Positions 22,415 through 33,000 of a DNA stretch of 33,000 nucleotides are shown here, piece after piece; positions within the stretch are counted from its first letter, which is position 1; every line of letters begins with the position of its first letter. The stretch spans positions 19,902,001-19,935,000 of the forward strand of contig NC_042997.1 in NCBI RefSeq assembly GCF_006345805.1. Reading direction: 5' to 3'. Source of the stretch: Octopus sinensis (lineage: Eukaryota). The notes beneath the pieces were generated by a model. The model had not been told where the DNA came from. It was given only the letters and a program-made list of their open reading frames with translations, and did no database searches. A program made the translations under genes and the position numbers.

Positions 22415-23860
22415 AAAAATTTAATAACCTAGCAACTGTCTTATTCATACTGAGAAATGAAGTTATAATTTAAACAAGGAGTCTTTCATTTGCAACTTAT
22501 TTTCCAACTTACTTTAAATTTTCAATATTAGTCATTGCCTACAACTCAGTATTTGATTATCCTTGTCTCTTAAATGTTTTGTTTTCCAAAATATCTCAGA
22601 TTATATAGCTTTGCATCATAATCACTTCAATATGATAGTTACCTACTTTATAAGCCTTACTGCCTTCTATCATGATCACAAGCCATTATTATTATTTTAG
22701 TTTAGCCCAACTAATCTTAATATCACTGTTTTCATTCTTTCTCTTCTAATTAACTATGCCCTCAGTATATTTACTTTATAATTATCTCTTTGGAAGAAAA
22801 GATGTTGATAAAAAGGAAAAGAAATTATGAGCATAAAATTCATATAATCTGTTGAAATGATTTGCCAATATTACACTTCTTTTCCACCACAACATTCAGT
22901 GTGAATATGTATCATCTACAAATATCTTCAATTGTTAGTAGCTATAATTTTTAATGTCAAATTATGGATGTAATGGTCATGTTTGATTTCTTTAGCTTTA
23001 AGAAAGTCTGATATAAATTTGCATAGCATCTATTTTATTATGTTTTTGTATCCTGTGCAACACAAGTGAAGCTAGATCATTTATCCTCTTATGATTGCAA
23101 ATTAAGCCACTCCAGGCATTAACCCAAAGAGGACATTGTTATTTTCAGTGCATACTTTATATTTTAACTTTTAATTTAGCTGTTTTGAATCAAAGCAGAA
23201 AAATGATTTTCTTACATTCATTTACATTTTCAGATTTAATTAACGAATTCTAGGCATTTTTCATAATTATAATGTAACAGTTGTTTACACAGAAACCTAT
23301 AACACACTGGTTCACTAATGTCGAGCTCAGTTTCATGTAGTGTAACAATAGAAAACACCACTTCATCTACACTTAAAAAAAAATGTTCATTCAATTTAAT
23401 AATCAAGCAACTGTATTATTCATGCTCAGAAATTAAATTATAAATTAATCACAAAGTCTTTCATTTATAGCCTATTTCCATCTTACATGAAATTTTTTAA
23501 AAAGTTGTCACTGTTTACAACTCAATATTTTGATTATCCACTTCTCTCTAAAGTTCAGTTTTCGAAAATATCTTTGATTAAACTGCTCTGCTTCATAATC
23601 ATTTCAGTTTGTTTGTTACTTCTTTGTAAGCCTTACTTACTCATCAGTTTTAGATTCCCCACTGTTTTGTTTACCGTTTGTGAGATGTAAGCCATTACAT
23701 GTTTTTATATTATGATATAATGTGAATAAGCAGAGGAAATGTATCTAAATAATGGATATGGAGCAATGCAGGTGATGGGACACAAACAATCATTCCTTCA
23801 TCAACAGACTGATATTCTTTCAATGTAACTAGCTATAATTCTTCACTACTTATCATTCTT
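22415..23860. repeat. Ancient diverged tandem duplication, period about 970 bp
   Basis: AATTTAATAA..AGCAACTG..TTATTCAT, AGTCTTTCATTT, TACAACTCA.TATTT(T)GATTATCC, AAAATATCT, TAAGCCTTAC, AAGCCATTA and TAGCTATAATT recur in the same order at about 22415-22950 and 23393-23850. Confidence 0.7.
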
Positions 23861-23954
23861 AGATATTCTTAGTGAAACCCTTTTAATTTAACAATATAAA
23901 TTTCTCCATAGAGTGCATTCATGAGTAAAATATATCACAGCCATTTTATGCTGT

Positions 23955-24297
23955 CTTTTTACTTATTTCAATCAATGGACTGTGGCCATGCTGGGGCACT
24001 GCCTTGAAGGGTTTAGTCAAACAGATTGACCCTAATACTTATTTTTCTTTTCTTTGATTTTTGCAAGTCTATTTCCTATTCTATTGGTCTCTCTTGCCAA
24101 GCTAAGTTACAAGGATATGAACAAACCAAAGTACAAACACACACACAATGGGCTTTCAGTTTTAGTCATTCACAATGTATTGGTCAGCCTGGGGTTATAG
24201 AAGAAGACATTAGCCCAAGATGTCACACAGTGGGACTGAACCTGAAATCTTGTGGTTGCAAAGTAAGTTTCTTAAACACACAGCCATACCTGTACCT
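23955..24297 (-). mobile_element. SINE A copy (diverged, internal deletions)
   Basis: TTTTACTTATTTCAATCAAT...TGTGGCCATGCTGGGGCACTGCC...CAGTGGGACTGAACC...ACACAGCCAT. Confidence 0.85.
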
Positions 24298-25372
24298 CTT
24301 ATGGATTATTTTTGAAACCATAAATTCAGATCACAGAGTCACATGAATGCACTAATAAAAATTTATTTTAGTGAATTAACTTTACTTTTTATATTTTACA
24401 ATTGCTTTCTAAGTTGCAAATGCATCTCAGGATAAATCAGTTATTTTAAATCCTTTTGCTTCTGTTATCTTTAGGAATTCTTAATTTCAAAATTAACAGT
24501 GATTCAAAGATTTAATAGAATATAACAATTTAATGATTTCATGAAAAAGAGAATTTGAATGAATAATGAATATCAATTTCCCAAACATTGTCTTTGATAG
24601 GAACCATTGTGTTAATATTTCAAGAGATTGATATGATTCCTATAATAAGGCAAGCTATTTATGAAATTACTTGAGACTTTTTGAAGTATAATTAAATAGA
24701 TTTAAATGACATTTGGAATCAGGCAAATGAACTGAAAAGTCATTTTAAATATATGTTACTTAGAATTTTGATTTACCCTGGATATGTTTTATTCTTCATG
24801 TCAACAAAATTTAAAGAAAAAAGTTTGACAAGAGAGTCAGTCGCCCACTGACACTCGTTGACGCTACATCGAAGAGGCCAGGGAACAGAAGAAAGAAGAC
24901 ATGCACCCAACACCAGAGCTGAAGATGCCTCTGAAAGTGGGGGAGAGCACCACATCAAAACGGTAGAGGAGTGGGGGCCGAAACCGGACGTGGTTCCTCC
25001 TGATGATATCTTGAGCTAACTGGATCCTATAAAGGAGCTGTTGTGGTAGCAGACCACGAAACATGGTTGAACTTCCTCAGCACACACACACATACACAAG
25101 TTGAAGATTCAGGTGAATCAGGTCCTTAAAAACAGTAAAGCCCGAAGGTCAGGTCAATGAAACTGCTATCATGTACAAAACAAAATTAGAGGAACTTATA
25201 CGTACATACCAAAGTAAAAATGGATTTATATTCCAGTTGCATGTACAGTCACAAGACAGAATATATCACGAGTCTCAAGGCTGCACCTAGAAACACACAC
25301 TGCACCAATTGTATTGCACTCAATAGACTCCAGATCCACACTAGTTGCAGGTTCTGAGTAAGATGAATAATA

Positions 25373-25719
25373 AACAAGTGACAACAGATGGATAGCAGTT
25401 CATACACTACAGCTGTTTCAGACGTGTTTTTTATTGATGAATAGAGTTATTGTATCAGGTGAATATATACATGAATTAAAGATTTAAAAAAAAACATTCC
25501 ACAAATCCATGATTCTCTGGTTGAACTTCACCAGGGAATCATGAAATGGTGCATACTTGGATTCATGGAATATTTTTTGTAATGTTTAATTTGTGAATAC
25601 ATTCACCTGATGAAAATGTTTTTTTTTTTTGCATGATATAATTACTCTTTTTATCAATAAAAAAACATGTCTGAAACAACTGTAGTGTGTAAACCACTAT
25701 CTATCTGTTGTTATTTGTT
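25373..25719. repeat. Spacer-less imperfect palindrome (fold-back), centre about 25526
   Basis: Arms pair from AACAAGTGACAACAGATGGATAG/CTATCTATCTGTTGTTATTTGTT inward to CATGATTCTCTGGTTGAA-C-TTCACCAGGGAATCATG; two insertions in the right arm. Confidence 0.88.
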
Positions 25720-25752
25720 GACTCCTTTTTTTTCTCTCCTTGTTTTTTCTGT

Positions 25753-25794
25753 GTCCCTTTCTGTAGAAGATCATAGGCTCGAAATGTAAAAGAC
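25753..25794 (+). ncRNA. Decayed minimal type I hammerhead-ribozyme-like motif
   Basis: GTC(CC)TTT-CTGTAGA-A-GATC-ATAG-GCTC-GAA-ATGT-A-AAAGAC: helix I, core with A6>T, 4-bp helix II with one mismatch, ATGT as a CpG-decayed ACGT helix III. Confidence 0.5.
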
Positions 25795-25881
25795 TTTTTC
25801 TATTCCTGAGCTTTATACTAATACATCTGTTTGTTTTGTACACCACCTGTCTTCATCTTTTGTTTTTTTCGTAAACTCTCC

Positions 25882-25885
<4 letters not shown>

Positions 25886-25969
<84 letters not shown>

Positions 25970-25975
25970 TATATT
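25886..25975. repeat. (TA)n microsatellite
   Basis: Direct reading. Confidence 0.97.
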
Positions 25976-26717
25976 TGAGGATGTGCTGAAAGGTTTTTGA
26001 CTTTACGGGTATCATGAAAGGCCTGGTTGAAAGCCCAATCTTCTGAGTTCTTTTACAAAGCTTAGAAAATTTGAAGGAGTGCTGCAATAAGTGTGTGAAC
26101 CTGAGAGGAGAATATGTTGAATGAAATCGTAATTAACTGATCCTCTTATGTTTTCTTTTATCCAAAGCCAGGAAATTTTCCATACCCTCTCATATATGTG
26201 TGTGTGCATATATATATATATACATTAAATGTGGGCAACTACATTTGACATATTCTTGCAGACTTTGACACAGAGAGACATACACTGCAGAAATTCATCT
26301 TGAGAGAAAAATTCTCTTTATAAACTATATGCGTGGAAAACACACCATTGGGCTTTGAATGATGTTATTGACGCCTGAGAAGCATGCATTTCTACCTCAT
26401 TGCACCAATGTCAGCTACAGATATCTTTTATAAAGACTGGAAACAGTTTGTTCTTATATCAGAACAACTGGTACATTTGCTGATGTATGCAAAACTTTGT
26501 CCAGCTGGAATTAATTAACTGGAAGTGCATTAAGCAGCATTAAAGGAAATAGAGTTGTGTCAAATCATATTTAACATATTCATGTACACTCAAACATAGA
26601 AAGAAAAAGATTTGAGAAATAGCCTCATTCAATACTGCTTGATGTGCCTATAATGTGTGTGCATGTGCTTCTGCATGTATGTGTATATATATGTATATGT
26701 ATATATATAAATATATA

Positions 26718-26758
<41 letters not shown>

Positions 26759-27132
26759 CGTTGTCTGTTCCCTATGCATTCTCAAATGGCTTGACCAAAT
26801 CAAATCAAATTTACCAGGTAATAGTATCAGACCCTGTGAGTGACAGCATGTAATTTTTTTTCATTCGGATTAAAACTATATAACATGGCACTGGTTCGGT
26901 ATTTTATGTCTAAAGTGAAAGAATGAGATCTCTATTGTAATGAGATATCATAGTTTCACTTTATTCTTTCACTTTGATTCTAATGTGATAACACTAAGTT
27001 AATGTATAACCTTTTCTATGTTCATAATTTTTTGTTTACAATATTAAAAAAATATGTCACCAAAGAAAAGACGTAATCTCTCCAGAAACAAGTATAAAGC
27101 AAGGAGGATTGTAGAAAACTGAAGGCGAGAGT

Positions 27133-27265
27133 CTCAAGTGAGAAAGGAGATGAGACTTTCTCAAGATCAGCAAAGGCATGCTGCAGCACATCAGATGCAG
27201 GCTCAAGGGAGAAAGGAGCTGAGACTTTCCCAAGATCAGTAAATGTATGCTACAGCATGTGCATA
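27133..27265. repeat. Two-copy 69-bp tandem repeat
   Basis: CTCAAG(T/G)GAGAAAGGAG(A/C)TGAGACTTT(C)(T/C)CAAGATCAG at 27133 and 27202. Confidence 0.85.
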
Positions 27266-27583
27266 TAAACTACATTTTGTATATCCGCGTATGTATGTGT
27301 GTGTGTATGTGTAGAGATGTGTATATGAATGTAGTGATGCATGCATGGGTATATATGCATGTGTATGTTTGTGTATGTGTAGACATGTGTATATGTGTGT
27401 TTGTATGTATATGTACTCACGTGTGTATGTATATAGATATATATATATATGTGTGTGTGTGTGTGTACATGTATGTGTGTATATATGTGTGCATATGCAG
27501 ATTCTATGAATGAAGTATTACTTTCTCCATGCTTATTGGAGTAATTTCCTTTTAGTCAACGGTTTTTTTCATAGCATTTGTCT

Positions 27584-27646
27584 TAATAACTGATGTGATG
27601 CTAGAGCAGACTTCAGCCCCGGTATCTGAAACTCTGAGTCTTGTTA
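27584..27646 (+). ncRNA. Decayed type I hammerhead-ribozyme-like motif
   Basis: TAATAA-CTGATGT-GATGCT...GGTATC-T-GAAACTC-T-GAGTC-TTGTTA: helix I 6 bp, helix II 6 bp, helix III ACTC/GAGT, GUC cleavage triplet; core lesion around A9. Confidence 0.6.
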
Positions 27647-27763
27647 TGAGAACCAACTAATTGTCACATATTATATTCATAGATAAATTCCTCTATTTTA
27701 CATAATATCGAGTTCTCATTCATTCTTTTGTTGTAATATTATTATTATTGATATAATATAATG

Positions 27764-27793
<30 letters not shown>

Positions 27794-27795
<2 letters not shown>

Positions 27796-28125
27796 CTTAT
27801 GGCTTACCCTGTTTCTATATATATATATATCAATTATATATATACACATAAAATATATATATACATAAATATATATATATACATAATATATATATATAAA
27901 ATATATATATAAGTATATAAAATATATATATATAGACATATATGAATATATTATATAAACAGGATGAGCCATAAGCCACCAAAACATTTGAAATTTTATA
28001 TATAATATGCTATTACACTCTTTGTGATCTGTGAAGAATGAGTTTTAATCCTGGTGAGTGACTTTTCGCTCACCTTGTGTGTATGTGTGTGTGTATGTAT
28101 GTATGTGTGTATGTATGTATGTATG

Positions 28126-28157
<32 letters not shown>

Positions 28158-28492
28158 ATATATAGCTTATGGCTTACCCTGTTTCTATATATATATATAT
28201 ATATCAATTATATATATACACATAAAATATATATATACATAATATATATATACATAATATATATATATAAAATATATATATAAGTATATAAAATATATAT
28301 ATATAGACATATATGAATATATTATATAAACAGGATGAGCCATAAGCCACCAAAACATTTGAAATTTTATATATAATATGCTATTACACTCTTTGTGATC
28401 TGTGAAGAATGAGTTTTAATCCTGGTGAGTGACTTTTCGCTCACCTTGTGTGTATGTGTGTGTGTATGTATGTATGTATGTGTGTATGTATG

Positions 28493-28530
<38 letters not shown>
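27794..28530. repeat. Near-identical tandem duplication, unit 370 bp
   Basis: AGCTTATGGCTTACCCTG starts at 27794 and 28164; the unique portions read identically, with differences only in TA tracts. Confidence 0.95.
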
Positions 28531-28537
<7 letters not shown>

Positions 28538-28898
28538 TGTATGTGAGAGAGAGAGAGGGAGAGAAAGTGAAAGCGAGAGAGAGATTTATTTATGCATACA
28601 GAATTGCTTATTCACAATATCACAACATTGTCATTACATTAATGTATTTCCAACTTGTGATCGCTATGAGCCTTAGCACCTACAGAATTCAGGTGTGAAT
28701 TATTTTGCGATTTCTGTAACTGTTAGATTATAAAATGTCATCCAAATTTTAAATATTCACTAAATGTGGTGATATCACATTCTATTTGCTCAAATTTTGG
28801 GAAATCTCTCACAAGCTCTATAAGTTTATTAATTAAATTAAATTTATTGTCGGTTATGCTGACATAAAATAGCAAATATATATATATGTACATGAAAA

Positions 28899-29280
28899 TG
28901 TACAGGCATGGCTTTGTGGTAAGATGCTTGCTTCCCAACCACATGGTTCCAGGTTCGGTCCCACTGCATGGCATCTAGAACAAGTGTCTTCGACTATAGC
29001 CTCGGACCGACAAAAGCCTTCTGAGTGGATTTGGTAGACAGAAACTGAAAGGAGCTCGTAATATATGTATATATTTATGTTTGTTTTTCTATGTATCTAT
29101 ATTTGTCTCCCCACCATCACTTGACTTAGCAGTTTGGTGAAAGAAACCGATAGAATAAGTACTAGGCTTAGAAAGAATGTCCTGAGGTAGATTTGTTCAA
29201 GTAATACCCTTGAAGTTGGTGCCCCAGCATGGCCACAGTCAAATGAATGAAACAGTTAAATGAGTAAAAGAATAAAGAGT
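28899..29280 (+). mobile_element. SINE A copy
   Basis: GGCTTTGTGGTAAGATGCTTGCTTCCCAACCACATGGTTCCAGGTTCGGTCCC head through CAGCATGGCCACAGTCAAATGAATGAAAC tail. Confidence 0.9.
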
Positions 29281-30873
29281 ACATGTAAGTTTGAATTAAA
29301 CGGTGAAAATTTAGTGGGTTTGAAATATGGTCTCCTAGGTAATTACTACTACAATATGCCATGTGTTTCACAGAACCCACAGCTAGCATGAACATCATTG
29401 ATAATATTGTTGTGGTGGAGATACAGTGGCTCAACAAGAAGTGTATATATACCTACTGCTGCTGACTTATTCAATTATTTAGCTATTGTAAGGAATATTG
29501 ATTTCCTGAAAAATGACCTCTTCCTTCCAAAACCAAAGTAAAATAAACCTAACTAGTTGAACATAAGTTACAACTATTGATCTGAAATATCTTATCAGTG
29601 AAGAACATACTGTAGAAATGTCTGCTTGTAAAAGCCTATCAATCTTCCCAGAAGTGAGAAATTCCACACATATATCTTCTCTTATACAATCAACTGTCTA
29701 TAACACCATAAGGACAATGTTATACTGACGGTATTGAAAGCAACTGAACCACAGTTAAGTGCTGGTCATACTGATTAGAAAACATTTTATCACAATCTTT
29801 GATTAACTTTTACATTATGCTAGTGTTAAATGATTAGACAATTCATTGATTTTCTTAGTCTAGAAATTGTTTTGGTGAGTAAATCAGTATTGCTTAGCAA
29901 CAATGTGTCATCAAGCACTGTTATTGACACCATTATTTCACAAACTCACATGGTTATGGAAGCAATAAAATGTATATATTTTGATAGTGCTTGAAATAAT
30001 CCCAATGAGGAATATAATTCAGCAAAACAAATCAATAATCTTTTTTATATAATAATCCGTTTTTGTATGTTATAATGAATTTGAGAATTTTTTCTTTTTT
30101 TTTTTCCTCTCCCCCATCATCTTTTTCTTTTACAACCACTTTCCATATTGAAATGATTTTTCAACCCTGCAGGTGTTTAATAGGAAGACATTAAGGTAAA
30201 ATGATACTTCACCTGTTTAGCCGGAATAGATTATGTTATTTCTAAATAATTATTGATCCCATGATCTGATTAAACTGTCAAATTTTGCAGAATTACCTCT
30301 ATAAAAGTTAGGCATTATAACAAAGAATCTAAATTTTATAAAGAATTTATAAATTTGTAACAAAAACATTACCTGTAACCATTTGGCAGATGTCTGCCAA
30401 GCAATACATGGGGAACAGATAAAGTAAAACAACATTATTTTCTATATAGCAGTCTTTGAGATCAGGCATTATTTTTTTAAAAATGCTTTATAATGATTTT
30501 CTTTAATAAGATTTACTTATGCTACAATTTCTTCACTCAAAAATTTGCATGTCCTTTGATTATATAACACTTTATTTACTGTATTAACAAAAGGGTTCTT
30601 TTTGTATCAGTTAGTTGTGAAAATGAAGAATTTAGAGATATATTTTTCATTATTAAGTTTGTGTTTAGAAATTAAAATGAACATGAAAATTTGATTGGTT
30701 TTAATGTAGGTCATTTCAAATCTGTATCATAGAACAAGGGGCAGTTCTTGGTGGGTTGGTATCAAAAGGGTGAAATAACTTGCTTTTTGTGTCTCTGTGT
30801 GTATTAAGATGGACAAGACAACACTCTCTCTCTCTTTTCTCTCTCCGTCTCTTTTTCTCAATTATATATTAAT

Positions 30874-30959
30874 GTGCAAGTGGCTGAACATTCCATTGAC
30901 ATGCATATCCTTAACATAGTTCTCAAGGAGATTCAGCATGACACAGAATGTGACAAGGC
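30874..30959. repeat. Probable fragment of a further short interspersed repeat
   Basis: GTGCAAGTGGCTGAACATTCC...GGAGATTCAGCATGACACAGAATGTGACAAGGC resembles from memory an octopus SINE-like repeat; single copy here. Confidence 0.35.
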
Positions 30960-31029
30960 ATATATATACATGTGTGTGTGTGTATGTATGTATATATATA
31001 TATATTTATACACATTTGAAAGAAGATGG

Positions 31030-31975
31030 AGGAGGTGGGCAGAGTGGAGGGGGTGAGTCAGTTGTCAAAGGGTTAGTGGTTAATACTCTTATGAAGATAG
31101 GTTGGTGATGGAGAAGGAGCACTGGGGTATGCAGAGGTGTATGAAATTGAATAGAGGGAGGTGAATTGAGAGAGAGAGAGAGAGAGGGGTTGATAGAGAG
31201 GGTGAGAAGGGCTGAGTGGGGTAACTGTACTTTTGGTTGAAGAGAAGAAATGAGAGAATGGGGAAAATATTTGTGAGGGTGAGGAGGCTGTGAGGGAATT
31301 GGGATGTGATATGTAAGACGTAATCATGAGAAGGAATAATTTAGTAGAAAGGGTGGTATTAGTGGAGGGGGTAAGTAGCTAGGCTGCTCTAGTTGTACCA
31401 TAAGGTTATTATAATTAAGAATAGTCATTGTTATGGGATTATATAGATTGAATAAAATTGGTAAATGATGAGTAGAACCTGTGTTTGCAAGAGAGTATTA
31501 CATTTGAGAATCTATTAAGTTATAAGGAGTTATGGTTGTGAAGGTTAGTTAGCAATTCCCTTAAACACAATTTTACAAAAGTCGAGGGTTGTGTTATATA
31601 GGAGAGCCTCACTTATGATGGACCAGAATGGGGTATAGGGAACAGTTTGTGATTTGGGGTTGTATATATAAGTTGCTAAGGAGGTAGATAATTTAGAATT
31701 TGGATTGGAGAAAGAGTACATATGTGCTTGGTAGTGGCGCTTGAAATCAACAGAGCTGCCAATATAGACCCTTGCTTTTTGAGAGCATGGTGTTATTGCA
31801 GGGCTCTTGTAGACTACAATTTTTGCAAAGACAGACACTTCCAAAAGGGTAGAGTTGAGATAACCAACAACTGCAAGCTTAACTGCATGTCAGGTTCTTA
31901 TGCTTTGTTTTCAGTAATGAAGAACTGGAGGTATAATCAGTATTGGTGTTGGCTTGGGAGGGGGTATCCCCACTA
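31030..31975 (-). mobile_element. Penelope-like retroelement relic: GIY-YIG endonuclease pseudo-ORF (31439-31975) plus C/T-rich 3' region
   Basis: Joined frames give ACSCWLSQLYPFGSVCLCKN-IVVYKS...RVYIGSSVDFKRHYQAHMYSFSNPNSKLSTSLATYIYN...WSIISEALLYNTTLDF-CKLCLRELLT...LNRFSNVILSCKH, including the VY...YIG signature and the Cys/His motifs. Confidence 0.9.
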
Positions 31976-32036
31976 GTATATGTGGTCATATGGTTCTTAA
32001 TTGCTTTCTCTTGTTTTGCATGTATACATATATACC

Positions 32037-32215
32037 TCATCATCATCGTTTAACGTCCGTTCTCCATACTAGCACGGGTTGGACGGTTCGACCGGGGATC
32101 TGGGAAGCCAAAAGGCTGCACCAGGCTCCAGTCTTATCTGGCAATGTTTCTACAGCTGGATGCCCTCCCTAACGCCAACCACTCCGTGAGTGTAGTGGGT
32201 GCTTTTTACGTGCCA
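32037..32215 (-). mobile_element. Family C 3' fragment
   Basis: CATCATCATCGTTTAACGTCCG...GGGTTGGACGGTTCGACCGGGG...CTAACGCCAACCACTCCGTGAGTGTAGTGGGTGC; close to the 478 copy. Confidence 0.9.
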
Positions 32216-32694
32216 TATTTTGTATTTCATACCCAAGCTGTTATATTTAATACATTTAAAATTTAATTTGTTTATCCGCATAATTGCCTCTCTGTATACA
32301 TTTATGGAGGCAGTATGTAATTTTGTTCAATATGCTTGTTTTCAAAATACCCCTAATCCCTGCCATACAATGAAAGCATTGCAGGATTTGAGAATAAAAG
32401 TGGCAAAGGGAAATAAATTAACGCATTAAAAAAGCAAAACAAAATATTCACAAAAGAACAATTGTACATCTGTCCACAAGCTGCTAAAATGGAAGGTAAG
32501 GAAGAGGTGGGGGTGAAACATTTAAAAAAAATTTTTAATCAAAATCTGACCCCTGTCACTTTCAAGGGTGTAGTAAAAAAAATTAGAAAAATACCTGTCA
32601 AAATGGAGAAGATCCAACTTATGTGTTGTCCTGATCTGAAACTTCGCCTAATTTTGTTCCATATGTTACTTGGTTTTAGTTTCACACCGGAGCT

Positions 32695-32846
32695 TAAAGA
32701 CGTTTGACAACAAACGTATTGGACAAGATTACCTTTGTGTGTGTGTGTCTGTGTGTGTATGTGTGTGTGTGTGTGAATGTGTGTATGTGCATGCATGTAA
32801 TTTCTAATAAAGACGTTTGAAAACAAACGTATTGGACAAGATTACC

Positions 32847-32893
<47 letters not shown>

Positions 32894-32926
32894 ATGTGTG
32901 TATGTGCATGCGTGTAATTTCTAATA
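32695..32926. repeat. Two-copy ~113-bp tandem duplication containing (TG)n
   Basis: TAAAGACGTTTGA(C/A)AACAAACGTATTGGACAAGATTACC-(TG)n-TAATTTCTAATA at 32695 and 32808. Confidence 0.9.
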
Positions 32927-33000
32927 TAGCTAGAGTCCAGTCTGTCACTACATAGACATTCAGGAATTGAATAAGACAGCTGGTGACAATCGAAATGAAG

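Noticed and set aside
22080-22500. Hydrophobic minus-strand translation faintly like a TRP/PKD channel segment (FLSMNKTVARLL)
   Set aside because: Many stops; T-rich DNA gives hydrophobic peptides by chance.
24864-25064. ORF segment IQLAQDIIRRNHVRF resembling a Penelope RT motif
   Set aside because: No flanking RT motifs (QxxGxxMG, YxDD) in any frame.
29374-29730. Possible exons (EPTASMNIIDNIVVVEIQWLNKK; AIVRNIDFLKNDLFLPKPK; LRR-like EMSACKSLSIFPE)
   Set aside because: Weak or absent donors, intervening stops and no recognisable family.

Overview
AT-rich, microsatellite-laden eukaryotic DNA with no confidently identifiable host gene. It looks like intron or intergenic sequence. The SINE families resemble those of a coleoid cephalopod, most likely Octopus; this rests on recognition, not a database search. 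Most supplied ORFs are microsatellite or SINE artefacts. Supported content: (i) many copies of three dispersed retroposon families (tRNA-headed SINE A, tRNA-headed SINE B, and (GAT)n-tailed family C), several nested inside one another; (ii) two decayed Penelope-like GIY-YIG endonuclease relics (4185-4582 +, 31439-31975 -); (iii) an internally deleted DDxD-type Tc1/mariner element with TIRs and TA duplications (19110-20014); (iv) three long fold-back elements (3193-3486, 12351-12730, 25373-25719); (v) a near-identical 370-bp tandem duplication and several older duplications. The most notable observation is a set of decayed type I hammerhead-ribozyme-like folds with unrelated arms (27584-27646, 25753-25794, 4944-5001, weaker at 25034-25077). 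One follows a Penelope endonuclease and one is fused to a spacer-less palindrome. Coordinates were counted by hand and may be off by a few bases. No tools were run.
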